From the NCBI GenBank assembly GCA_028826165.1, contig JAPDFW010000104.1:1-64000 (forward strand): a stretch of 64,000 nucleotides of DNA, written 5' to 3'. The DNA is from Anaeramoeba ignava BMAN. Its lineage: Eukaryota; Protista; Anaeramoebae. Below the pieces are notes generated by a model, which was not told the DNA's origin, did not search any database, and was given only the letters and a program-made list of their open reading frames with translations. A program made the position numbers and the translations under genes. Below, in pieces: positions 1 to 17,069 of the stretch (the stretch's first letter is position 1; each line of letters opens with the position of its first letter).

Positions 1-3000
1 TGAAAATTTTATCAAATTTCTTTTTAATTTGTTTTTTTTCTTGAATATTTTCCAAATGTTTTATTATAAAAATCATATTCTTGAAATATTTAGTTCTGAA
101 ATATATTTTTGAATTTCTTCATTTTTAATTTTTGAATATTTGTTTGAATCTTGAATAATATAATGGATATTTAAAATAAAATTTTGATATTCTTCAAATA
201 AATCATTTATATGTTCAATTTCTGGAAAGAATCTTTTTTCATTGATAATAAATTTGTTTTGTTTTTGTTAAATCGAAATCATTTGTGTATTGGAAAAGAG
301 TTAATAAAAATGTGAAACTCATCCATTTTAAATCATTTTCTTTAAATGGAAAATACTTTAAATAATTGAAAATATTTTTTAAATTTTCATCTTTTTCTAA
401 TAATTTGAAAATATGACTAAATAATATTGAAAATAAATTTGGAAATTGGAAATTCATTTTTGATTTTGGATTTGGAAAAATTTATATTATTTTCAATTTT
501 GATTTTGATTTTGATTTGATTTTGATTTGATTTTGATTTTGATTTTTGATTTTTGATTTTCATTTTCATTTTATTTTGATTTTTGATTAATTAATTTTTG
601 TAAAATTTGAAATTGTTCAACAATGAATTTATTTTTTCTTTTTTGAATTTGTTTTATAATAATTTGGAAATAATTTTCAAATAAATTAATTTTTTCATTT
701 TGATTTTTGCATAATTGAGAAATATCAATAATAGATTCCGAATGTTTATCATTTTTGGAAAGTTTAAAATTTTGAAATGAATTTTGAAATTTTTGAGTTT
801 GATTAATTTCTTGTAAATTATATTTGTTGAGAAATAATATGTAAATTTTCATCCATTTATCAAACAATTTTTCAAAATCTTTTTCAAAATCTTTTTCAAA
901 ATTCTTTCATTTTTCATTTCAATTATAAATTCATAAATTTTATCAAAGTGGAGTTGAAATAATTGTTAAATCATTTGATAAATTATGATTATTTAAATAA
1001 TTTTCAATAATTTCAATTTGTTTTTAATAAATTTTGAAATTAGATTTTCTTTTGAATTTGATTTTTGATTTTGATTTTTGATTTGATTTTGAATTTCTTT
1101 CTTTTTAAATCTCTTTTATCAATATTCAAACAATATTTATAAATTTCATAAATTTTTGAAATATATTCCAATTAATTTTTGTAGAAATTTCTTTTTAATG
1201 ATAAATTTGTTAAATCTTCATTTTTTCAAATTGATAAATGAAATCAGAAATATTTCCAATATATTCTTCTAAAAACTTTTGTTCTTCTTTTGTAAAAGAT
1301 ATTTTTGTAAAATCACTCATAAATGCTTTTAGAAATATTTGTGCAGTTGTTTTTGGATTCTTGGAATATTGGTTGGACCATTTAATAATAGGTTTTTCTA
1401 TAATTTCTTGAATTATTTTGTTTTCTTCTTGTTGTTTTGTTTCTTCAAATAATTTGGAATAAAAATATTGGAAAAATGGGAAATTTGAATTATTAAATTG
1501 ATAAGTGAGAATATTTTGGAAATGTGGAATTTTTAAATTTTTGAATATCTTTTCCCATAATTTTTGAATTTCATTGGTGTCTTTTTGATTAATAGGAAAA
1601 AGTTTGAAATTATCATTAATCATAATATTACTGAATAAAATAGCAAATATAGTTTCTAATTTTTCTTTAAATTTAAATTGAATAAATGAAGTTAATGATT
1701 CATTTCTTCTTTTCTTTTCAAATTTTTCATTAATTAATTCATTAATATTCCATTCATATAATTTGATATTTCCATTTTTTCCTTTTTGGATCATTTCTCT
1801 TATTTTTTTCATTAAAATTTCTTTGTTTTTTGATAATTTCATTTCTTCAAAAAATTTTTTGGTTTTTTCAATTTTTTTCTTTGAATTTAAAAATTTAAGA
1901 ATAGAAATTGGAATAATTAATTCAAATATTTTTTCCCAATTTTCTTCAATAACTTTTTCTAAATAATTTCCAGGGAATGTTGTTTTCAAATCAATATTCA
2001 TTTCAAAATCATATTGGAAAATATCATCAATATAATAATATTCAAAATTTTTTTCAAATGAAAAATGGAATGTATTTGTTTCTTCTTGATTTGATGAAAT
2101 ATGAACAATAAACATAAGAAAGCATTTAATTTCTTCTTTTTCTTTTTCAATTATATTTTCAATTAAATATTTGAATTGATAAAATATTTTTCTGATAAAT
2201 TTCTTGTTGGTGTAAAATGAATAATTAAAATGAAATTTGGATCTTTTTTTCTTTGATTCTTCTTATTCATTTGATTATTTTGATTTGATTTTTGAGGAAA
2301 TATTCCAAGAATATCTTTAATTTTCTTTTTGAAATCTTTTTCATTATCAAATTCAGAAATATTTAATTCTTCAATATTAAATCCTTGAATTTCAATATTT
2401 TTTGATTTTGGTGATGATGTTAAAATGATTGATTTTTGAATTTTCTTTGGTTTTAATTCATTTTGAATTAATTCATTTAAATTATTATGATATAAAACTA
2501 TTATATCTTTCACAAAAATATTTTAAATATAAATATTCATTTATCCCCATTTCTAATTCATTTTCATTTTCATTTTCTTTTTCATTTTCTTTTTGATTTT
2601 GGTTTTGATTTTGATTTTCATTTTGATTTTGATTTTGATTTTGATTTTGATTTTGATTTTGATTTTCTTTTTCTTTTTCATTTTCGTTTTGATTTTTTCG
2701 AATTTTGGATTTAAATTGTTGAATTTTTTGTTGAATTAAAAAAATATTTTCAAAATTACAAACTTTCATCCACATATTAACTCCTTCAAAAATCAAAAAT
2801 TGTTTTATTTTCTCTTCATTATCAATTTCTTTTATTTTTGAAATTATTTCTTGAAGTTTTATTGCAAGTGATGGAAATAATCCAGAATGATAAGAAACAA
2901 ATAAATCTTCTTCTTTAATTTTTGAATATTCACAAATTTTTGATCATTTCTTTTTGTTGTTCATAAAATCTTCGAATAATTCCAAATTCAATAAATTCAT

Positions 3001-6000
3001 CTAATTTCAATAAATATTTTTCAAATCTATTTAAAATAGCTGGTGTTTCATTATGATAAGCATGACTTTTATCACAAATTGAAATTAATCTGAAATTAGG
3101 ATCAATTTTAATTAAATTTTCAATATGTCCCATTGAAATTTTGTGCATAAAGATTGTTTCCTTCTTTGATATAATTTTGATTTAATAAATCATATAAAGG
3201 TAGAAATAAATCGTTATTATTATATAAAATAATTATTTCTCCTTTTCTTATTGAATTTTCAACTTTATGTAAATCTTTAATAATTTTAACTTTTGTTTGA
3301 TCTTTTGGGAAAGAATTTCCAAAAACAACACTAATTTTTCTTCCTTCTTCTTCAATTAAACTTTCAATAATTTGTAAAATAATTGGTAAATTTAAAGTTT
3401 CATCAATTAAAATCATCATATTTCTTGAAAAATCTGAAATTTCATTTGGATTATTTAATCCATAATTTTCAAATATTCTTTTTTGAATATTTTGATAAAT
3501 GAGTTCTTTTGTTGTTATTTTTGTTAATGATATTAAATTTAATGATTTGGATTCATTTTGAAATTGGGAAATATTTTGAATAATTTCTGGTTTGGAATTA
3601 AAATTTCTTAATAAAGCATTTGAAATTAAGCTTTCATTATTATAAGAAATGTTATGAGTTATATAAGAATATCCAATCATTTTAACAAAATAATAAAAAT
3701 CTCTAAGTCCAAAATAAGGTTTCCATTCTGAATTTTTTTCTTTTTCTTTTTGATTTTTGATAATATTTTTGTAAATTCTTGAAAGACTATCTGCAAATAG
3801 TTCTGGAATTTTAGAATTCATTCCTGTATTTTTTGAAGATAATATTTGTTGAGCTGTTTTTTCAATTTCTGTTATTGAATCTCTATAAATAAGAATTCCT
3901 CTATTCATTTCACTTGGATCTAAAATCCAATTTGATATTGAAACAACCGAAACTGCTTCCATTTCTTTTAAAATATCTTCTAATTTTTCATTTTCATTTT
4001 CATTTTTATTTTGTTTAAATCTTTTTTGAAGTCTTCTTGATAATTCTTTTTCTGATTCTTCAAGTTTTGAATGAAGTGTTTTAAGTGGAAATTCAGAACT
4101 CCATTCTGCAAGTGCAATTTCATCAAGAACAACAACTCCTAAAGTATTTCCATTTTTTGTATTTTGTTTAGCTAATTTGAAAACTTCTTCAATTTCTTTA
4201 TTTGTTCTTATTTGTGAACATTGAATAAAAGATTGATAAAGAGATCTAAGTTTAAGTTTTCTTAATAATTCATTAATTTCAAATGGTGGTTTAAAAGATT
4301 TTAAAATGACTTCAAGAGAAATTGATTTTGAAGTTCCTATTTATTATTTATTAATTTAAATTTTTAATTTTAAATTATAATTTTAATTTTAATTATAATT
4401 TTTACCTGGTTTCCCAATAATAAATAAAGGTATTTGAGTATAAATTGAAATATAAAGCAATAAACAATTTTCTTTTAATGCTTTATTTTTTGCAATCATT
4501 TTTTCTTTAAAATTATAATCTAAATTTTCAATTAAATTTGTTTTAGCATTTTCAATTATTTCTTTATAATCTTTTGATTTTTCATTTCCAAAAATTTTAA
4601 TTGAATATTTTTTTCTTTTTTTTTGATTTTTTTCTCTAACTTCATAACAAACAAAAAGAGATAAATAAATTGCTTTTTGAATTATTATTCCATCTTCTTC
4701 TTTTTCTTTTTGTTCTTTAATCTGTTTTAAATTAATTTGTTTTAAATCAATTTTATCTTTTAATAAAATTATACCAGCTCTTGATCTTGATTCATAAATC
4801 CATCTAAATATTCTAAGAGTTCTTGAAATATCTCTAAGTGAAACTTTTGAAGCTAAATTCTTTTTTTCATTTTGATTTTGATTTTGATTTTCTTCTTCTT
4901 CTCTAATATATTGATGAGATTTTTGAATATATTCAATAAAATTTTCCATAAATCCTCTGATTCTTTTAATATCTTCTTCTTTTTTAAAAATAGAATCAAA
5001 TGTGTTTTTAACCATTTTTTGAATATAAGGTAATTCTTGTTCTTTTTGAAGTGAATTAAAATTTAATATTTGTTTTTGTAAAGAATCTGGAAGTTTTTGA
5101 ACTCTATAAACTGATTTTTGAATTTTTTTACTTTCTTCATTTTCATCATCTTTTTGATAAAATAACCCAAATCTTTCATATTCTTTTTTATCCGTTCCAC
5201 TTCTTTCTCTATATGGATTAATTGCTGCTATTAATCTTATATTTGTTGATATCTTTTTCTCATTAAACATTTTATCAATAAATAAATATTTGAAAATTGG
5301 AATAAAAGATTTTGGAGCTGTATTTAATTCATCAAAAAGTATTATAAATGGTTTTGGAAAACATTTTTCTCCTTCTTCAATTAAATTTTGAATATCTTTT
5401 TTCTTTATAGAATTATTAACGTTTAATGTTTTGATTTTTTGTCCCAAAATAGTTTCAAATAAATATTCAATTAATGCAGTTTTTCCACATCCAGTTTCTC
5501 CACTTATAATTGTTGGAAGATTAACAAAATTTCTGAATTGAAGAAATAACATTTTAGAAACATTATCAAAAGTAAGAACATATTTTGATTTTCCTTTTTT
5601 ATGTTCTTCAATTAATTCTTTATCAATTTCTTTTGGATTAAGAGCAGATAAAAATAGGAAAATTTTTTCAATTTCTTCTTCAGAATTGAAAGTATCAGAA
5701 AATATTGATTTTATTGAACTTAAATTTGTTTCTGCTTTTTTTTCATGTTTGTCAAATAAAGGAGAATCTTTTGAATATTTTTTTATAAATAATCCAAATC
5801 CTGAAAAAAAATTATCCATTTGTCTTCTTGATTGAATTGAAATTGGAATAATATTTTCATTTTCATTTTTAAATTGTAATTTGGGAAGAAAAGTATAAAA
5901 ATTATCAAAAATACTTTTGTTTTCTGATAATAAAGGAAATAAAATAAATCTTGAAATTGAAAGAAACCAACTTTTAAGGATTGATTTTGTTAATTTTTTC

Positions 6001-9000
6001 TTATTTGTTTTGTAATTGCTAATCTTCCACCCTAATATTGGTTTAATAAATACTTTTAATGAATTCCAAAATTGTGATAATAATCTAAATGTGTAAATAT
6101 TTTTCATATTTCTTCTATTAAATTGATTTAAAACAATAGAAATATTTTCTTCAATTAATTCAATAAATCTTTTTGGATTTGGTTTATCATCTTTTTCTAA
6201 TATTTCTTTAATAGTTTCGGATTGATTTGCATCTAATTGGTTGTTAAATAGTTTATCTTCTAATTTTATCATTAAATTTGCAACTTTTTTTAATTTTTTA
6301 TCCTCTTTTTCAATTATTTTTTGATTTGAATCAATTTTATAATTTTGGAAAACAAAAGAATCTTTGTTATAATTTAAATAATGTAAATTAAATTGATAAA
6401 GTGGATAAAAAGATTTCCACATTTTTTCATTTCGATTTTGATTTTGATTTTGATTTTGATTTTTGATACTTTTCTTGTTTATTAGGAATTTCAAATAAAA
6501 GAATTATGTTTGATTGAATATTCCAACAAAGAGATTTTGATGATTTTGGATTTGAATTTTCAATAGATCCCCACATTGTAAGTTGCCAAATTGCATCTGA
6601 AATTTCAATAGAACATTTATTTGGAAATTCAATATGAATGAATATTGTTTCTTTTTCTTTTTCTTTTTCTTTTAATTGATTTGTAATTTGATTTAATTTA
6701 GAAATCATTTCAGAAATTGTTCCTTTATTAAGTTGAATAATTTGATATTTATAATTATTTGTTTTTCTTTTAAAATCAAAACAAAATTTTCTAATTTGAA
6801 AACTTTTTCCTTCACCTGTAAAATTTGAATAAAAAACATGAATTTGGTGATAAATTGGTGAACATTTGATAATTTGTTTCAGATTTTTGTTAATTTCATC
6901 TTCAAAATCAATATTTAGTTTTCCTTCTTGAAGTAAAGAAGATAAAAATGTTTTTTCTTGTTTTTGATAAAATTCAAATATTATCATTGGTATTTTTGTA
7001 AAGAAATCAATTGAATTTGTTTCAGAAATTAGAATATTTTGACATTTTTGAGATAATCTATCAGCATGAATTATTGAAAATAATAATGAAAAAGAACCAT
7101 TATTTTCTTGTATTTCATTATAATATTTATAAATTGAGAAAAAATTAATTATATCTTCAGGTTTTGTATTTGAATTACAAATCAAAATTTGTTCTCTTAA
7201 TGGAAAAGATTTTGAATATAAATAATAAATCATTGTAACATAATTCAATATTTTTGATTTTTCTGTAATTTTTATAATAAATATTTTTGGATTTCGAATT
7301 GATCCATCTCTTTTTTCATCGATTTGTTTTTTCAATTTAAATTGGATTTTTTGAAGATTTCTGTTTTTTTCTATAATTGATAAATTTATTTTGAAAATGG
7401 AATCTTGAATAAATTTTAAGGAGAAACCTTTTTCAATTTTTTGAAAAAAAGATTTTGAAAAATCAATTAAATCAATTTTTTCAAATTCTGGATTTATATA
7501 TTCCATAAAATTTATTTCGTTAGTTCTTTTTTCTCCATTAATTAATCTGATAATTGATTTAAAAAATTTCAATTTTGATTTTGATTTTGAATTTGATTTT
7601 GATTTTGATTTTGATTTTGATTTTGATTTTGATTTTGATTTTGATAAATTAAAAGAAGTTGTTGATTGGTTAAAATTCCTTTTAAAGGTATTTCTTTTAA
7701 ATTTTCTTCATCTTCTTTCCATTTTTTAAGATTTTCTTCAATTTTGTTATTAAATTGATTTAATTCTTTGAAATTATCAAATTCTTTTGAGTTTTTTGGA
7801 TTTTTTTTGATTTTAATAGGTTCGTCAATTTCTTGAATTTTTTGATAATATTGAATTGGAATAAATCTTTTCAAATTTTGATAAATTTTATCAATAATTT
7901 TAAATAATTGCTCATATTGTGGAACGAAAGTGAACTTTTGTTCATGTTTTGATTGATATTTTGATTGATATTTTGATTGGTGTTTTGATTGATGTTTTGA
8001 TTGATGTTTTGATTCATTTTCATTATTTCCCAATGCAATTTTTGGTTTTTTATCTAATGCAACACTTAACATATTGATAAAATCTTCAATATTTTTTTCA
8101 TTTGATTTTTTTGTTTGAATAATACATTTAAATAATGGTTCTTTCAAATCAAAAATCAATTCACATCCTTTTTCAAAAATATTGAAAATATCTTGAAGTA
8201 AATTTGTAGATGAATCTTTGGATGATCCCTTAACAAGTAATGGGAAATATTTAATCAATAATTTTATATCAATTTCTTCTTTTGTTTTTTCTTGAAATTT
8301 TATTTTCTTGATTTCATTTTGTAAAGAAGGAAGATCATTAAATTTGTTTGATAAAAGTATTGGTTTAAAAATATTTTTGAGACTAATTAAAGATTTTTTA
8401 AATTCTTTGTATGGAATAAAATCATTCGATTTTAATTTTTTCATTTCATTTTGAAACTCTTTTTCATTTTTTGATTTTAACCAAATTAAGATTGTCTCAG
8501 TTGATATTTGTTGAGAATTATTATTTGATGGAAATAATTCAATGATAAATTCAAGAATTTTATAATCAATATTAATTTTTTGATTCATTTCTTTTTCAAA
8601 ACTATTTATTTGTTTAATTTTCTTTTCTTTCCAAATATTTTGTAATTGTTCAATTTCTTTGGTTTGATTTGAATTATTTTCATTTCTTTCCAAAAATGCA
8701 TTAAGGAAATTAGTAATTGAATTTATATTATTAATTATTTTTCTAATTTGGAAAAATTTTAAGATTTTTTTTTTGATTTCTTGAATTTTTTCAATTTTTG
8801 GGAAATTATTTTTTGTTAATAATTTAGAAACGAATTGTTCTTTGTTTAATGGGAATTTTTCATTTAATTCTTCCAATTTTGTTTCCATATTAATACTATT
8901 TTTCCATTTTTCCCAAATTAATTCTACTTTTTTACAAATTTTTGATTTCTAGATATTGATTTTTTTTGATTTCTTGATTTTTGATTTTGATTTTGATTTT

Positions 9001-12000
9001 GATTTTGATTTTGATTTTGATTTTGATTTTGATTTTGAAGAAATTCTTGAAATTGCTCTCTAAAAAATAAATTTTGATGAAATAAATCAATTGAATTGAT
9101 TTTTATGTTTTCGATATTTTTGAAAAAATTTGAAAATTCATTTAAGGTTATTTCTCCTGATTTGATTTTTTCCCAATCTTTAAATTCTTCATTTATTTTT
9201 TCATCTTCAAAATTATCAAAAAATTCCTTCATTTTAGAAAGTTTATGATTTAAATGATTGAACTTCTTTTTGTTTTTTTCAATTTCATTTTGTTTTTGTT
9301 CTTTTGTTTCTTCAATTTCATTAAATAAATTGAATATTTCATTAAATTTATTTTCATTAATAAGATAAAAATTAAAATCAGATATTGTTGCTTTTTCAGG
9401 TGATTTTAATTTTTGGAAATATTGATTTAATTCTTTTTGATAATTTTTCAGTTCTTCATGAAATTTTTGAGTATCTTTGAAACATTAATTGGTAAATATT
9501 TGTTTATAGGTTTACTTTTTTGAAAGTTTAAAAACCAAATTATTGATTTTCTCCATAACTCTTGAAGTTTTCCATTTTCTTTAAAAATATCAATCCAAGT
9601 AATTTTTTGATTTTGATTTTTATTTTGATCTTTCTTTTTCTTTTTTCTTTGATTTTTATTTTGATTTTGATTTTGATTTTGATCTTGGTAATTCAATTTT
9701 TTTCTCCAATTTTCTAATTGAATTGATAAAGGAATATATTTTATAAAATCAATTCTCATTAAATTTTGGAAATCATTTATTGAATCATTTTCACATAATT
9801 CTTGGATTTGATTTTCAAACTTTTCAATAAATTCTGCTCTTTTTGATTGTTTTGAATTGCATTATTATTATAATTTTGGAATTCTTCAGATTTGAAAATT
9901 GAAATTGAATGTAAAATCTTTTGGAAATAATTGCTTTTTTTAAAAGAAGGTTGATTTGAAATTGAATCATTAATCACATTTGGAATAATAGTTCCAACTT
10001 GACTTAATTCATGTCTATCCCATTTATATTCATTTTTTTTAAAACTAAGGTAACATTCCATCCAAAATTGAAAACATTTTAATAAATTTGGAAATTTTGT
10101 AATTTTTAACTTATTTTGGAAATCTGGATTTAAAATAAAAGAAAGCTTTGATTTTCGAAAGAACTTTGAATGAATAAAATCAAACCAAATTTTGTTTGAG
10201 TAACTGAATTTGTTTGAGAAAATTAATTCTAAAACTTGATTTGTTAATTTGATTTTTGTTTTTGATTGAAGATAAAATGAAATGATATTTTTAATATGAG
10301 AATTTTGGATATTTTCTTTTGATGGTGTAAATTGTTGATTAAAATGAATGTAAAGAGGAAGAAATTCGAGATTTGAATTATCAATACATTTTGTATTATA
10401 TTTATAAAGAAATTGATTTAAGAATGAAAAAAGATGTTGATTTTGAGTATTTTGATGAGAAGAAATAATAATTTCATTTGCTTTTTGAAAATCTTGTTGT
10501 GTGCATTCATTAAAAATTTTGGAAATAGAAGATTCACTATATCTTAATCCAATAACAAATAACATTCTTGCAAGAATTTCAGGATTTGATTTGAAAATAA
10601 GTTGAGTTTTGTCTTTATTTCCAAGTTTTTGTTTTTGGAATTGATCAAGAAAATGCAGAAAATATTCAAAATCTGAAATATGCTCTTTTTGAATTGTATA
10701 ATTAATAATAGCATCAATTATTCTTGTTCCTTTTTTTTTCTCTTTTTCACTTAAATCATAAATAATTGTTTTTGGATTTTGAATTTGATTTTGAATTTTT
10801 TTGGATTCTTGATTATTAATTGAATAAGAAATATTTATTGAAGAAGAAATAAACTTGAAAAAATAAACATTTTTATAAGTAAAAACATTTTCAGCTTCTT
10901 TTTTTTCAGGTTCTAAAATATAAAGTTTTGGTTTTTGTTTCTTTTTGAGCAAATAAAATGAACAAAATTTCTTTTTCTTTTTTTAAATTCGAATTTGAAT
11001 TTTCTTTTGAATTTGGTTTTGATTTTGATTTTGATTTTGATTTTGATTTTGATTTTGATTTTGATTTTGATTTTGATTTTGATTTTGATTTTGATTTTGA
11101 TTTTGATTTTGATTTTGATTTTCATTTTGATTTTGATTTTGATTTTGATTTTGATTTTGATTTTGATTTTTGATTTTGATTTTGATTTTGATTTTGATTT
11201 TGATTTTGATTTTCATTTTCATTTTCATTTTCATTTTCATTTTCATTTTCATTTTCATTTTCATTTTCATTTTCATTTTCATTTTCATTTTCATTTTCAT
11301 TTTCATTTTCATTTTGATTTTGATTTTCATTTTGATTTTGATTTTGATTTTGATTTTGATTTTGATTTTGGTTTTCATTTTGATTTTGATTTTCATTTTT
11401 TTTGATTTTCATTTTTCATTTTCATTTTCATTTTTCATTTTCATTTTCATTTCATTTTCAATTTCAATTTCATTTTCATTTTCATTTTGATTTTCATTTT
11501 TTTCATTTTCATTTTCATTTTTTTTTGATTTTGATTTTGATTTTTGATTTTGATTTTGATTTTGATTTTGATTTTCATTTTGATTTTCATTTTCATTTTC
11601 TTTTCATTTTCATTTTTGATTTTTCATTTTCTTTTTCTTTTCTTTTTCATTTTGATTTTGATTTTGATTTTCATTTTGATTTTTGATTTTTCATTTTGAT
11701 TTTCATTTTGGATTTCATTTTCATTTTTCATTTTCATTTTTTGTGTTTGTGGTTTGTGGTTGTGTTTGTGGTTTTAGGTTGTGTTTGTGGTTTGTGTTGG
11801 TTTGTGTTTGTGTTTGTGTTTTGTTTTGTGGTTGTGGTTGTGGTTTGATTTTGTGTTTGTGTTTGTAGTTGTGTTGTTGTGGTTTATGGTTGTGTTTGTG
11901 GTTGTGTTTTTGTGGTTGTGTTTGTGGTTGTGTTTGTGTGTTTGTTGTTTGTGTTTTTGTTTGTGTTCATGTTTGTGTTTTGTTGTGTTTGTGTTTTTGT

Positions 12001-12109
12001 TTTCAGGTTTGTGGTTTGTGTTTGTGTTTGTGTTTGTGTTTGTGTTTTAGTTTGTGTTTGTGGTTTGGTTGTTTTTTGTGTTTGTGTTTGTGTTTTTGGT
12101 TTTATTCAT
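1..12109 (-). CDS. RNF213: RNF213/mysterin-like giant multi-AAA+ ATPase; 3' end lies outside the window; broken into many ORFs by indels
   Basis: Collinear RNF213-type motifs across the ORF fragments: TGEGKS, SGETGCGKT (Walker A), FDELNTA (Walker B), VSLRDISR, IIGKPG|TSKS (Walker A split by a GT-AG intron at 4337-4405), VVVLDEIALAEWSSEFPLKTLH, SISNWILDPSEMNRG, FGLRDFY, FGNSFPKDQ, LYDLLNQNY, PAILNRFEK. The start at 12109 (MNKTKNTNT...) is tentative and follows a TTTCATTTT motif. Confidence 0.85.
11019..12100. repeat. Hexamer microsatellite block (TTTTGA)n/(TTTTCA)n grading into (TTTGTG)n; encodes NQ/NE/NT repeats on the minus strand
   Basis: Directly visible tandem repeats. Confidence 0.9.
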
Positions 12110-12235
12110 TGTTTTTGATTTCAAAAGTTTAAAAAAAATGAAAAAGAAAAAAATTTTTCTTTTTAACAAAACAGGAAAAATTTGGAAAGGAGAAAAATGC
12201 AAAAATTTCCCCTTTTTAAATAATCTAAAAAAAAA

Positions 12236-14250
<2,015 letters not shown>

Positions 14251-14279
14251 TAAAATTTAAAACCAAAAAAAAATAAAAT

Positions 14280-14350
14280 TTTTCATTTTCATTTTTTTCA
14301 TTTTCATTTTTTTCATTTTCATTTTTTTCATTTTCATTTTTTTCATTTTT
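14280..14350 (+). promoter_or_regulatory. Tandem TTTCATTTT initiator-like motifs upstream of MRD1
   Basis: Reiterated TTTCATTTT directly 5' of the ATG at 14368; the same motif precedes most genes in the window. Confidence 0.5.
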
Positions 14351-14367
14351 GTTTTTTGTTGTTTAAA

Positions 14368-16988
14368 ATGTCTTCAAGATTAATTGTGAAAAATTTACCA
14401 AAATATATCGATGAAAAAAGGCTCCGCGAACATTTTTCGACACAAGGAGAAATCACTGACATCAAACTAAAACGAACACAAAAAGGAGCAACAAGAAGAT
14501 TTGCATTTATTGGATATAAAACTGAAGAACAAGCAAAACAAGCATATGAATACTTTCGAAACACATATTTCGACACAAGCAAATTGGAGGTCTCATTTGC
14601 GAAGCCAATCGGATCAAATGATATAGAAAGACCGTGGAGCAAATATTCAAAAGGCAGTTCTCTTTATTATCAAGCGCATCCTGAAATACAGAAACAAAAA
14701 AAATTGGAGGTTGATCTCCAAAGGAAGAAAAAATATCAAGAAATGCAAGAAAAAAAGCAGAAAATGTTTAATGAATCTGTCGCCAATGATCCCAAACTCG
14801 TGGAATTTCTGCAAGTTATGAAGCCACGAAGTAATACTAAGAAATGGACGAATGATGAAATTCTTAAATTAAAGCCAGTTATTAAAAAGAAAAGAAAAGT
14901 TGGCAATTTTGTTGAGGAGGAGGAGATGTCAATAGTCTCCGGGTCGCTGAAAAAGAACAAGAACCAAATATACACCCGGAGGCATAAGAGGTTTATTGAT
15001 GATGAGGATCCCGAGAAGGGAGATAATTTGATTGGGAAAAACGAAGAAAAGGATGCGAACCAAAAGTCAATCCAAAATGACAGCAATATTTTCATCGAAA
15101 CCAACAGCAATTCGAATGTTCCCGTTGATAATGATTTTAATGCCAATCAAGAGGATTCGGTTGTTAGTATTGCGTTTGATGATGGTGTTTCTGATTTCGA
15201 GTATTTTAGTTCGAAAAAAAAGGAGAAATTAAGTGATGAAATTGAACTAAATAAAAACGGAAAAAACGAGAAAGAAAATGAAGAGCAAGTCGAGGATTCG
15301 CTTGTTGCGAAAACTGGGAGATTGTTTGTGAAGAACATTCCTTTTACTACAACTGAAGAGGAGTTATCAGAATTTTTTGGGGAATACGGGACAATTTTGG
15401 GTAGAAAGATTCAAATTTTTAAATTCAAAAATTCAACTTGATTTTTTAAAGAAAAATTTATATTCCTTTTTCGTTTTAGAAACTCATATTCCTTTAAAAG
15501 GAAACAAAGCAACCCTTATGGAATTGCTTTTGTTTTATTTAAAGAGCCGATTGATGCTGTTTCTGCTTTTGAAGAATTGAATGGGAAGTTTTTCAAGGAA
15601 GAATTCTTCAAATTTCTGCAGCAAAAAGAAGAAGTTGAAGAAGAAAAGGATGAAGATAATGATTCAGGGGCAAAAGATGGGATGAGAAGGGAGTCAAAAT
15701 TTCAAAGGAAGAAACAAAAGAAAGAAAGAAGAATGCAGAAAATACGATTAATTGGAATTCGATATTTTTAAGTGTAAATCAAAAAAATCCAAAAACATGA
15801 AATCTAATGAAATTTAAAAAAATTAAAATAAAATTAAAAATAATAAAAAAGAGTGATACTGTAGCAGAAGCTGTTTCAAAGAACTTGAACATTTCTAAAT
15901 CACAACTTTTAGATCCACAATCCTCAAACATGGCAGTTCGATTATCATTAGCAGAAACAAGTGTGATATCTGAAACAAAAGCTTATTTAGAAAAAGAAGG
16001 AGTAAATTTAGATTCTTTCAACGGATTGAATGCATTAACAAAAAGAAGCAAAACAACAATTTTAGTGAAAAACCTTCCGTTTTCAACAGAAAAACAAGAA
16101 ATTGAGGAAATTTTTTCCAAATTTGGATCAATTAAAAAAATAATTATTCCTCCAACAAAGGCTGTTGCTCTTGTTGAGTTTATACACCCAACGGAAGCTA
16201 AAAAGGCCTTGAGATCATTGGCATATCGCAAGTATCGACATGTGCCGTTATTTCTTGAGTGGGCGCCGTTGGCGTCTTTAAAATCCAATGACGAAAAAAA
16301 AGACGAAAACAAATCCAAGATTATGAAACAAAATTTGGATGAGTCTCTCAAACTTACTGATCAAGACTCTGTTGGATCCACTTTGTTTGTGAAGAATCTT
16401 TCATTCGAAACTGATGAAGAAAAACTGCGGGAGGTTTTCCAAAATTTCAGAGTGAAATCAGTGAAAATTTCGAGGAAAAAAGATGTTAAAACCGGAGAGT
16501 TGGCATCTATGGGATTTGGATTTATTGATTTTGAGAATAAGAATGAAGCGCTTAAGGCAATAAAACAGAAGCAAAGTGTTGTTGTTGATGAACGAGAGCT
16601 TGTGCTTGAGTTTTCTAAGTCGCGAGGGAAATCGGGAAAATTGGGGAAGAAAAAAAACCGAAAATTAGTTGATTTGAAAAAATTAAAAGGAACTAAATTA
16701 TTAGTTCGAAATATTCCTTTTGAGGCAACAAGAAAAGAAATTCGGGAGTTATTTGGGTCATTTGGAGAAATAAAATCTGTGAGAATTCCAAAAAAATTTG
16801 ATGGAAGTCATCGTGGTTTTGGATTTGTTGATTTTGTGACTAAACAAGAAGCTGAAAATGCTAGAAGTGCTTTATTAAATACTCATCTTTATGGAAGGCA
16901 TTTGGTTGTTGAAGAGGCAAAGGATGATAAGAGTATTGATGAGATTCGGAACAAAGTTGGGAAGAAATTTGGGAAACAAATGAAATGA
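14368..16988 (+). CDS. MRD1: Mrd1/RBM19 multi-RRM pre-rRNA processing protein (5 RRMs)
   Basis: MSSRLIVKNLP...RRFAFIGYKTE...RPWSKYS, GRLFVKN, MAVRLSLAET, TTILVKNLP, STLFVKNL...SMGFGFI, TKLLVRNIPFEA...HRGFGFVDF...HLYGRHLV. Introns at 15401-15479 and about 15774-15851; small indels at about 15500-15770. Confidence 0.93.
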
Positions 16989-17069
16989 ATTAAAAATATA
17001 AATCAAAATTTACATAGAATATTTTCAATAAAAACTTAGATAAAGCTTTTAAATTTAAATTTAGATAAA

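Noticed and set aside
3120-6494. Intein in the AAA+ core
   Set aside because: No Hint-domain motifs (N-terminal Cys/Ser block, terminal His-Asn) or LAGLIDADG insert seen; the only Walker A interruption is a 69-nt spliceosomal intron.
14343-16351. Antisense ORFs over MRD1
   Set aside because: Shadow frames of a relatively GC-rich gene with no recognisable motifs.
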